From assembly GCF_000143415.4 (NCBI RefSeq), contig NW_003314308.1, positions 951,972-971,548 of the forward strand: DNA of 19,577 bases. The letters are read 5' to 3'. The translations under genes were made by a program, and so were the position numbers. Positions 10,058 through 19,577 of the stretch are shown in pieces. The first letter of the stretch is position 1; every line of letters starts with the position of its first letter. Source of the stretch: Selaginella moellendorffii. Taxonomy: Eukaryota > Plantae > Lycopodiophyta. The notes below the pieces were generated by a model. It saw only the letters and a program-made list of their open reading frames with translations. It searched no databases and was not told the origin of the DNA.

Positions 10058-12527
10058 ACTATGAAACTTTTAATTTTGACTTCTCAAAGTTAATTTCTTG
10101 GGTGTTTCCAACACTTTACATTGCACATATTGTGCAGTCTCCACTTCCCCATCTTAGGAAGTTCTCTACTTGAGGGCACCATCATCCTTTTTTCTATTTC
10201 ATGTCAATTTTTGGCACTAAGTTCTATTTTTCCATCACTTGTGCTATGGTTGTTCACGGCCCTATCATTTGGCTGCCTTGTTGCTCCCTCCCTTGGAACT
10301 TTCACCTTTGCGAAATTAAAGTATTTAGGAATCCATCATTAGAAATACATTTTCTTTCCCAGAATCTGTTAGCATCCAAAACATTAGTGTTCTAACCACT
10401 CTCATCGCATGTCACCTCGTATTGCCTAACTTTGCTATTTGGATTCTTTTCAATGAATTTCATGGCCCATACTTGGCCACTAGTCTTTTGTTCCTATCCG
10501 TTGATTATTGCACCAAACAATATAGGATCGCTACCTCCATTCTCAAGGTATCTTTTCGGTTCCATGATAAGGGCTCTATTTTGCCAAGTCTAGAGGGTGC
10601 TTACCCTTAGTAAGTCTCTTTAGCACTTTCTACATCAATGGCCCAATTTTGCAACCCTCCCATAGGTCTTTCCTAGAGACTACTTTTTTGGACTCACTAT
10701 ACCATCGTATTAGCACAATTGATTTCCCTTTAGGTGTCCTTCCCACTTGGTCACCCTGACCAAGCCACACCATTATCAATAGTTCAAATCAACACTTTGA
10801 ACTAGGAACCTTATTCCTTAACCTCACAAGGACCTCATCCTTGTTTACCCGTAAGATCACCTAGTGATCTAACCTTGGTCATCTGAATATGTTTGCCAAT
10901 AGGTACTAGGTCTTTCAGACTTTTAATTTATTGACCATGACCCCGGGGGCATCCCCCATACTTGGCGGTGCACCCAAGCTAGCCCTTCTGGCCAAGGGTC
11001 TATAGCAACTGAGATTGGGTGTCCCCATCTCATTCACCACTGTAAGCCACAAATTTTTCCTTTCCAATTTGCTAGCTTACCTCGTCTATTCGACCAACAC
11101 TGCCTTGGCTTTAACTAGGTTCCCTTGCCAAGGTTTCTGCCTATAGTACCAGCTCCTACTTGGTCCTACTTGGTTTCAATTACTCATTGCACGAGCAACG
11201 GAACATTAGCCATTCATCCACAGATTCCCAAATCTCTCCCAATCCCCCTCCCCGAGTTAGACTAGACTTAAGGTTCAGCTACACTCCCTATAGGCACAAG
11301 CAGCCAAGCACACCAAGCCTCCAAGTTCCTAACCTCCCTTGGTACCACAAGACTTGATCATGGGACTCTCTAAATCCCAAGTCTTGAGTGCAACACATGC
11401 TTTGGACTCGATCTCAGACTCGGTCCCATCTGATGAACTTTTTGTCATTTTGGTCATGCTTTCGGGGATCCTTTAGCCTACAACACCTCGGGGAGTTGGT
11501 TCCTTACAACCACGTCCTTGGTGCCACTTGCACCAAAGTGTTTAAGTTAGATATGTTGAGCCACACTAAGCAATCTAACCGTGCATCACGACTCTAGGGC
11601 ATCTCCTGTTTAGCGGTGTGCCCAAGTCAAACTCCTTCCTGAGAGTCCATGACCACCAAAAAATGAGTGTCCTCATATTCCAAACCATCATCATGCCCTA
11701 TTGAGTTGGGACTCAAATCTATGCATTAAAGGGTTGGGACTCGAACCCATCCTCCATATATGCATCTATGGATGGCATCACCCAGAATGCCTAGCATGAC
11801 TCCCCATGCTGGTGCACCAATTTATACTTAAAGCGCACTACAGATCATAGTTTAGGAACCTAGTTCCTCTGCACTGCCAAATCCTCTCACTTGACAAGTC
11901 TGTGATCATATATAGACTCCTCCATGCTTAGCCCCATGGGCCACCCATTTTAAAGTTAACACCTTTAATTAGAAGATTTGTTCCCCTGACTTGCCAATTT
12001 CGCTGAGTAAGTCACGACCAATGTAACATGCATAAGCGTGAAAGTCCTTGACCATTGACTTTTGTTCAAATCCATCCTTTTGAACACTCGGAAACTACTT
12101 CCCTAACCTTGATAGCCTTGCCTTATAGCAAGCTTTAAAACCATGTTTTTGCTGTGCCACTCTAATTTCGCACATTCTATGAACCATTTACACTTGGCTT
12201 TCTAGGTACTATTGTCTTTGGGAACCTTGAAGAAACTCTGTCCCTTAGCTTGCTAAGGCCTCTCCTTTCGCAAACTTTCTAATTGTCATATGGTCTAACA
12301 TAGACAATTCCATGTTTTAGACTCTCCATAGTATCATAGTTACTAGTAGCAATTTGTTCGAGCACCCACTTGATTCTTTACTCCTAACTTGCATAACCAC
12401 CTTTGTGTAAGCAACCAAAGAGAACGACTTGAGAAACGATCCATGAGGTTCAAATATAGAGGGAAAGGACCCATGAATAAGAGTGCACCCGCTTTTCCAA
12501 TCGGTTAAGGGTCTTGGGATACTTGGG

Positions 12528-12581
12528 GTTAAACGTCCTTGAGTTTGAATAGTACTGGGCTAGGTGACCTCCCGGGAAGTC
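12528..12581 (+). promoter_or_regulatory. 5S rRNA-derived A box / IE / C box (Pol III type 1 internal promoter) in LTR1
   Basis: gttaaacgtccttgagtttgaatagtactgggctaggtgacctcccgggaagtc matches plant 5S GTTAAGCGTGCTTGGGC..GA.TAGTACT.GGATGGGTGACCTCCCGGGAAGTCC. Confidence 0.85.
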
Positions 12582-12633
12582 TAAACTCAGGAGTTTACAT
12601 TTGGTATCAGAGAGGTCTCGGGTCCGACTCTGT

Positions 12634-12725
12634 TGGTTGGCTAAGGGAATCACACCACATATTGATTGACATTTGGCTGGTTGGCTAAGGGAATCACACC
12701 ACATATTGATTGACATCTGGCTGGT
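12634..12725. repeat. 44-bp tandem duplication inside the Cassandra internal region
   Basis: tggttggctaagggaatcacaccacatattgattgacat(t/c)tggc x2, one mismatch. Confidence 0.95.
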
Positions 12726-12970
12726 CTAGTTTGCTCCTGTTGGGCTCGACTCGAGGGGTAGGGTGTCAAGAGAGCGGGGCTCTTAGGAGAGCTGTGGCTC
12801 TTAGCTTCAATTCACGAAGGCGTGAACTTGCAGGGAAGCGTGGTGGATTGTAAGTAACCAAAGAGAACGACTTGAGAAACGATCCATGGGGTTCAAATAT
12901 AGAGGGAAAGGGCCCATGAATAAGAGTGCACCCCCTTTTCCAATCGGTTAAAGGTTTTGGGATACTTGGG

Positions 12971-13024
12971 GTTAAGCGTCCTTGAGTTTGAATAGTACTG
13001 GCTGGGTGACCTCCCGGGAAGTCC
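12971..13024 (+). promoter_or_regulatory. 5S rRNA-derived A box / IE / C box in LTR2
   Basis: gttaagcgtccttgagtttgaatagtactggctgggtgacctcccgggaagtcc. Confidence 0.88.
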
Positions 13025-14753
13025 AAACTCAGAAGTTTACACTTTGGTTATATCCTTCAATTTTTATGGTTCGGTTCTATTCCCTTACTATTTACTTTTG
13101 GCTTCACATATTTCCTTTGGTTATTCTTCTCTAGCTTAGGAGGATAGTTTTGCACTTTATACTATGCCTTAGCAAGTATTCTTAGGGATGAACTTACCCA
13201 ATAGCCTAGGGAGTGGTTCCTCAATCCGGGTATGCTCACCTTGTAATCCCACATACCAGAATTAATATTGCTACTTATAGGCCTTTATATGCCTATCACT
13301 AGCCTTGCTAAAATCTTTTTTTGGCTTTGTCCAATTCAGATAAATGGACTTCTCTCATCTTCACAACCTTGGACGTTAGATAACACCTCCTGTCCATTAT
13401 TCATTAGGGACTTAGTCCCTTGAGCCTTATCGAATGCCCTCATGATACTAAACACTACTTTCTGGTGTTTTAGAGTGTTTGGGTTTCCTAATGATGGCCT
13501 TTTTTGACAATGAACATTCCCTTTATAACATTGACTTATTATATCGCAACATAAGCAATTCATCCCCCATAAGGGTATGTCTAACTTCTTTATCCCAATT
13601 AGAAGTCTTGGGTAGTTACCTTCTACTAATTTAATTAATTATTTTGCACCTTTTGTGTAGTTGCCTTATAGTTCTCAAGTCCTACCACTCATTGTTCGTG
13701 CTTCCATACCTCCATTGTTATTTGGGTCACCACACTCCAACTGTATGCTTTCCAGCTTAAATTATGCCATTCCTATTTTCATTAGGATTTCTTTAGGAAG
13801 GGTTCTTATAAACCCGCCAACTTGACCTCAAGGCATCATGCCTTGGCACATTCAATGTCTTCACACCATCGGCTCCACAAGCCTACATTTATGACACTTC
13901 TTATTTATATTTAGGTCTTTGGTAAAAACAATACAATTGTTTCTCATGCCAACTAACCATTAGCATTGCACTATAGTGTTTACACACAATTTTGTGTTAA
14001 AGTTGTTTTCTTTTGGGAACACCTTTCCCATGACTTTAGTATGGCATATTTTGCCATCAATGAGATACCCATTATTCTCATGCTTAGACCTTATGATCCT
14101 TCTCATCCTTCATGGGGCACAACACACCTTAGTCTAAATGCTTTTACCAATCCTTTAGGACTATTCCTTGACTCTACTTGAGTCATCCAGCATCTTTGGA
14201 CTTTGCTAATCCAATAACCTGTAAGGTCCTATTTTTGAGGTGCTAGCTCGCTAGAATACAACTTCTTGTATTCATGTCTTACTCATAAGGACCATCTTCG
14301 CAGGTGTTACTCCAACACTTAATTATTTTCCATTCCCTAAAGGTTATCTTTGCCCCTTAGAACTATTTGTCCCTATGATGAGAATACCGACTCATCCTCT
14401 AAGTACCCTTAACTCCTTAGGTTTATTCTAGCATTTATAAAAGGTAGCCTTGACTACCATTTCAAGGACTTGTGTCCTCATCTATATTTGACATCTCACG
14501 GTTATTAATTCCAGTCTCAAATTCATGAGCACTAGCCTCAATTATATGAGGATAATCTTGTGGCTCCTTTATTGTTTTAAAGGTCTTATCTTTCCTGTGA
14601 TCTCAATTATAGTTGTTTTACCACACTATATCAACCAGTTTTCTTAGTCAACACTCATTTGGATCACATCCTCAACTCTCTGAGGAAAACCCTATATTGT
14701 TCCTAAGATCCAAAATCGTTCAATTATTGGCATTTTTCTATCCTCCACCTCGC

Positions 14754-14947
14754 TGTAAGCAACCAAAGAGAATGATTTGAGAGACGATCCATGGGGTTTA
14801 AATATAGAGGGTAAGGCCCCATGAATAAGAGTGCACCCCCTTTTCCAATTGGTTAAGAGTCTTGGGATATTTGGGGTTAAGCATCCTTGGATTTGAATAG
14901 TATTGGGCTGGGTGACCTCCTAGGAAGTCCAAATTCAGGAGCTTACA
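14754..14947 (+). mobile_element. Solo LTR of the Cassandra-type family
   Basis: 194 bp, TGTAAGC...GCTTACA, colinear with 12406-12599. TSD CTCGC at 14749-14753 and 14948-14952. Confidence 0.93.
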
Positions 14948-14987
14948 CTCGCCTACAAGTTCACACATGAACTGTAGTGAAGAGCTA

Positions 14988-15105
14988 TATCTTCCCGACT
15001 TGCTACTCTTCAAGGATAGGCCCACTCTTAGGACCTTCCGATGCCATGTCTTCCCGACTTGCTACTCTTCAAGGATAAGCCCACTCCTAGGACCTTCTGA
15101 TGCCA
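14988..15105. repeat. 59-bp tandem duplication
   Basis: t(a/g)tcttcccgacttgctactcttcaaggata(g/a)gcccactc(t/c)taggaccttc(c/t)gatgcca x2. Confidence 0.95.
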
Positions 15106-16231
15106 ACACTAGTGGTGATATACTTAAGCACCAATAAAAATTAAACTAAGGAACAGCTCCAATATCAAATTGTAAGTGACTAAATTTTCCATTCTAGTTT
15201 AATCATTTAACCACACCTCTGACCACTTGGAGGAGTCTCATTCACAACCTTCATAAGTCCAATTCAGGACTTGGGGCTTGCTAGCCTCAAGGATGGCATC
15301 CATGCCACTCAACCCTTGCACTAGGTCTAAGTGCTCCACATGTCCAATCCCATGACCAACACCCCAAGGTACCATCAACACATCAACCCGTTATGCTAAG
15401 GCCATGCCCATTCACCTTCATCACACCAGTGGTCCAACACCACCTACATCACAATCCCGTCTCTTAAAGACTGGGTCATCCGTCCATGAGTGATCATCCA
15501 CTCCTTAGCATCCTTAAGATGCTCATAAACATAGAAAATAGCCTTCCCTAATATCCTTTTTACAGTCCCCACCAAGTCCCTTTTCTATCCATGGTCAAAA
15601 AATAGCCTTGGAGAAGAGTAAATGATTCTTACCTAGCTTAAACAACCAAATATTTTTGGTGGAGTAAACATAATAATAAATGAAAGAAAAGAAAGAAAGT
15701 AAAGTGCCTATAACATTTTATATTCTATACTTTTCTGATGTTGCCTAGAAACCCAACCCCAAAAAATATTACAAATTGAACTATTTATCTCTTTTACCTC
15801 TTCCATGAACACATGAAGTGAGGACTTAGAAACTATATGGAAAACTAATCTTATAACTATATCATGGTTTTAAATGTAAGTGCTAAAAGATTTTATTTTA
15901 ATTCCAATTTTATAGCTATGCTTTAAAAGAATCAACATTATACATGGCTGAAAACCCATATGTGTGGGAGATTGTTACAAAAAAGTGGTAAAAAATAAAT
16001 AATTGTCTTCAAATTTTTATTTATAGAAATTAACTATATATTTGCCAAACATTATTCTGAAAATAAATGCGAAACTTAGAAAATAACCAAATATTTTTAT
16101 ATAAACAATTATAAAATAGTTTTAATTTCAGTTACTTATTTTATTTTAACTTTTATATACCACTATTGGAACTATACCATTTTTGGTTTGCTTTAGCAAA
16201 CTTGTATAGAAGATACTTGGATATTCTAGGA

Positions 16232-16385
16232 TATTCTACCATCTAACAATTGTTATTCATTTAGATTAATCTTGTATTTATAATTTAAAAATTAATTAAA
16301 CAATTTTTAGTATATTAGTTTTTTATTCTACCATCTAATGGTTGATATGCAATAAGATTAATTTCATCTTTATAAATTATAAATA
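16232..16385. repeat. Degenerate ~92-bp-period AT-rich duplication
   Basis: tattctaccatctaa at 16232 and 16324, each followed by agattaat...tttataa. Confidence 0.6.
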
Positions 16386-16553
16386 TGTTTAGAATTATAA
16401 AATTTTATTTAATCATTTGGATTAATAAATAAGAATAACACTATTATTAAGCAAAAAAAACATTGCTACATGAAATGCATAGGTGATAGCAACTGAAACT
16501 ACTAATAAATTGGTGCACGTTGCATTGCAGCAATGCTTGGTTTGTTTTTGTTT

Positions 16554-17309
16554 TTAAATATTTTTTATTACAATATATAATTTGTCATGATCTGTCCAAT
16601 ATGCAGGTGCTATTCCTGATTTTGTATATATTATATCTTTTATCCATGTATGATCTATTAATTTATTATTACGTGTATTGTGTTTTATTATTTGTATGTA
16701 TCCTTCTTTCTCCATTATTGTTTGAAGTGGTTTTACTTCTTCTATTTGGTAGTCAATATTAAAATCTCCTGTAATTATTACTGTTTTTTTATTATCAATT
16801 TTCTGTATATATTTTTGTAGTTTTTTAAAGAATAAATGTATATTTATTCCAGGTTTTCGATGTAAATTTTTTATCTGTAATTGTTTTTTATTTTTTTCTA
16901 GTGATACATATGACATTGCCATTGTTTCTGTTTTTAAAGTTTCTACTATTTCTGATTTATAGTCATTTGTTTGCAATATTGCTATATGTGGGGGTTGTTC
17001 ATGTATATATGATTTATATTTATTAAAATATAAATCCTCATGTTTTTGTGTTCTTACTTCTTGCATACATATTATATCTGATGTTAATAATTGTGAATCA
17101 CTCTTTATATCTTCTTGATGTGCAGTAATAGATCTTGTATTTAGAACTTGTATAATTGTTTGGTTAGCTATTTTTTCTTCTTGTAAATCTATTAAATCAA
17201 TTTGCCATGGTGCTTCTGTTATCATTCTTATTATTTCTTTAGCTGCATCTTTATTGAATTTAATATGTTTATGTTCAATTGGTCTATATAAATGTATCCC
17301 TTTTAATGT
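16554..17309 (-). CDS. Apurinic-like (EEP superfamily) endonuclease domain, C-terminal part of the Rep-helicase polyprotein
   Basis: ORF 16554-17225, extendable 28 codons upstream to the stop just after helicase motif VI in the same frame. Motifs LNTRSI, DIICMQE, GDFNID, T....IDH, TDH. Confidence 0.88.
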   Translation of the reverse strand, partial: TLKGIHLYRPIEHKHIKFNKDAAKEIIRMITEAPWQIDLIDLQEEKIANQTIIQVLNTRSITAHQEDIKSDSQLLTSDIICMQEVRTQKHEDLYFNKYKSYIHEQPPHIAILQTNDYKSEIVETLKTETMAMSYVSLEKNKKQLQIKNLHRKPGINIHLFFKKLQKYIQKIDNKKTVIITGDFNIDYQIEEVKPLQTIMEKEGYIQIIKHNTRNNKLIDHTWIKDIIYTKSGIAPAYWTDHDKLYIVIKNI

Positions 17310-18879
17310 TTATGCTCTTGATAATGCAGTATATGCTTGTCTTGGATATTTTGTTTTATATTGGTCATATCCTAATTGCATAACTGTTGATCCTTGTGCT
17401 CTATATATTGTTCTTCCTGCGCATGGTTGTACTAGAAATTGGGTTCTACTTATAACATAGTTTTTATTTTTAGTAATATTTATTATTCTTGTTTTTTTCT
17501 TTTATTGGTGTCCAGTTTTTTTCATTATTTTGCTTTCTTGTTATGTTTTCTTTAGCTCTTGTTTTTCCACCTGTTTTTATATTTGGGAATTCTATCCATA
17601 TTATTTGTTCTTCTTCAATCTGGGTTACATTTTTTAATACTCCATCTGCTCCATTTACTAATCCATCTTTTGTTCATATATTTTGTGTTATTTGAATTGC
17701 CATTTTCTTTTTCAAATGTAATATTTTATGTAGTCCTTGTGTTTTTCTTGTGTCATCTAGCAGTGTGAAATGTGTAGGACAAGAATTTCCATGTTTGTCT
17801 TGTGCTTCTATAATTATATCTTTACCTTGTATGTGTTGTATTATTTTTTCATTATGTTCTCTTACTTGTTCATTAGTTGCAAATATAGAATAGTATTCTG
17901 TGTTATATGTATCTGTGGTGACTTTTTTATTTATATATTCTAGCTCTTTATCTGTTTGTTCTCCTGTTTTTATTTTATTTAAAGCTTTTATAAATATTAT
18001 ATGCCTCATTATTTCAATATTTTATAGATTTTAAAATTATTTTTCCATGGGTGGTGTATGGAAACATCATTTTCAGGTCTATATGTTTTTGTTGAATAAA
18101 TTGGTACTTCAAATGTAGGATTTAATTGATAGAAATCACCTGTAAATATACAATCCATCCCACCAAAGTCTATTCCATACGTTGTTTTGAAGTTTTCACA
18201 TCTTCTATTTATATCTTGTAGCATTTTTATACTTACCATTGATATTTCATCTATTACTAAACATTTTTATTGTTGAAAACTTTCTTTTATATTTATCTAA
18301 TGTGTCATTTGTTAATATTTTTTGACATTGTTTTGATGCTTCTAGTCGAAATGCAAAAGCTGAATGTATTGTTGAACCATTTATATTACAAGCTGGTTTT
18401 CTTGTAGGTGTTGTTATTAATATTGTTTGTCCTGGTTCATTATTTATTATCTTGGTCTGTTTATTCATTATTTATATCGTTTGAGTGTTTGTATAAGTGT
18501 ATTTAAAGCATTGATTTTCCAGTTCCTGCTTTTCCTTTTAAAAATAAGCACAATTGTTTGTTAGGTTGCTTTATTTTTTTCAATATGTAGTCATCATGTA
18601 TTATTCTTTACTTTTTATTTAGAGTTCTTAATAATTTGTGATATTTACTAGTTTTTATAAGGTATTCATCTTGTATTATAGTTGTTGTATTTTTTAATAT
18701 TTTATCTTTTATATTTAAATTTAAGTTTTTGTTATATTTTATTTTGAATAAATCTTTCCTTATATCAAATTCATCTGTTTGGTTTGTGTTTATTTCTTGT
18801 ATATACTGTGCTTGTTCTTTTAATATTTTATTTGCTTCTTGTTCTGGATTCTCCCAATCAAATTCACTCTCATTTGTTA

Positions 18880-18934
<55 letters not shown>

Positions 18935-19577
18935 ATGTTTTTTTCATTTATTTGTTCCATATTTGCATCATATGCATTCATATATGTTGTGTACGTTTCT
19001 TTAAGATCTTCTTCTTTTCTAAATTTTTTATGTAAGATTAATCTTTCAAAAGCCAACTTTTCTGGATCTTTTTCTTTACTAAAGCTTATATATCTAATTT
19101 TATTTTTATGTTTTTGTGTTGTTACTTATTTTCAATTATATATTCAGTTATTATTTCTGCTAATGTTAAATCTTCTAATTCTTCTGGTCTTTGCATGTAT
19201 TTTTCAATTAGTCAAGGTACTGCTATATCTTCTTGCATTTTTGCAAGGTCTTGTTTCATTTTTAAATGTTTTTTTCGTTGTTCTTGTGGTTTAGTATCAA
19301 TGAACTTTATAGCTCTAGACATATGATGAAGTGGAATTGACAATATTAAAAAAAGTTCTTGTTAAATTGGCATTCCCTATCACGTATGAAGCTATTTTCT
19401 AATAACCAAACTCTGTTAAATGCATTTGTTCCTTCTTCTTAGAATTTTGTAAATACAGTTAATAATGTCTTTGTTATTTCTATTTCAATACATGCAATGT
19501 ATGATAAACAATATGATGTTGCTGCATATGGATCAAGAATACTTTGTATATCTACATGTGATTGCCACAAATTTGAT
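17310..19577 (-). pseudogene. Disrupted Rep (HUH Y2) - PIF1-family helicase
   Basis: WQSHVDIQSILDPYAATSYCLSY (YxxxY at 19499-19513), LIEKYMQRPEELEDLTLAE, Walker A GKAGTGKS (18512-18535), TPT...INGSTIHSAF, DEISM (18237-18251), FGG...GDFYQL, DGLVNGADG, TIYRAQGST, QAYTALSRA. About ten stops or frameshifts. Confidence 0.92.
18882..18932. repeat. (TA)25 microsatellite in the Rep-helicase linker
   Basis: Directly visible. Confidence 0.98.

Larger units (their letters stand above)
12406..13041 (+). mobile_element. Complete Cassandra-type TRIM (5S rRNA-derived promoter boxes in LTRs)
   Basis: LTRs at 12406-12599 and 12849-13041 (TGTAAG...TTTACA; about 10 substitutions + 1 indel), PBS-Met 12602-12612, purine-rich PPT before 12849, and TSD CTTTG at 12401-12405 and 13042-13046. 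Each LTR contains a 5S-like block. Confidence 0.92.
10063..14700 (-). pseudogene. Highly decayed Ty3/gypsy pol region (boundaries uncertain)
   Basis: Minus-strand remnants in gypsy order: RNase H-like NTLKHQKVVFSIMRAF (~13430-13480) and WDYKVSIPGLRN (~13215-13251), then integrase-like G.PKTIV (~12206-12226) and VNGQ (~12048-12059). Many stops and frameshifts. Confidence 0.45.
16461..19577 (-). mobile_element. Helentron / Helitron2-like rolling-circle transposon (5' part beyond window)
   Basis: Rep, PIF1 helicase and EEP endonuclease in one reading direction. GC-richer palindromes lie 20-90 bp after the stop codon in otherwise AT-rich DNA. Confidence 0.85.

Noticed and set aside
12528-13024. 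Functional 5S rRNA genes
   Set aside because: Only ~55 nt of the internal control region is present, embedded in LTRs, and the 5S termini are absent.
12634-15105. CRISPR-like arrays (44-bp and 59-bp repeats)
   Set aside because: Each has only two adjacent units with no spacers, in a eukaryotic context.
16554-17225. LINE ORF2 endonuclease or host DNA-repair gene
   Set aside because: The domain is C-terminal and in frame with a PIF1 helicase, and no reverse transcriptase follows.
16520-19326. Plus-strand hydrophobic ORFs
   Set aside because: They are antisense shadows of the A-rich minus-strand coding sequence and the TA microsatellite.

Overview
Eukaryotic, almost certainly plant (probably non-seed plant, possibly moss; inference) transposon-rich DNA with no recognisable host gene. 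(1) 1-430 is homopolymer-rich sequence that looks like read failure next to a poly-C run. (2) 1242-10057 is an 8.8-kb retroelement mosaic flanked by a perfect 5-bp target-site duplication (ACTAT). Its two ends come from different LTR families: a small TRIM and a large non-autonomous Ty3/gypsy derivative with a ~1.13-kb LTR, present as nested, oppositely oriented, deleted copies. (3) An older, heavily decayed minus-strand gypsy pol region (~10063-14700) hosts a complete Cassandra-type TRIM whose LTRs carry 5S rRNA promoter sequence (12406-13041), and a solo LTR of the same family lies just beyond it (14754-14947). (4) ~16460-19577 is an AT-rich minus-strand Helentron/Helitron2-like element with a disrupted Rep-PIF1 helicase fused in frame to a still-open apurinic-type (EEP) endonuclease domain. 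All alignments and translations were done by eye.
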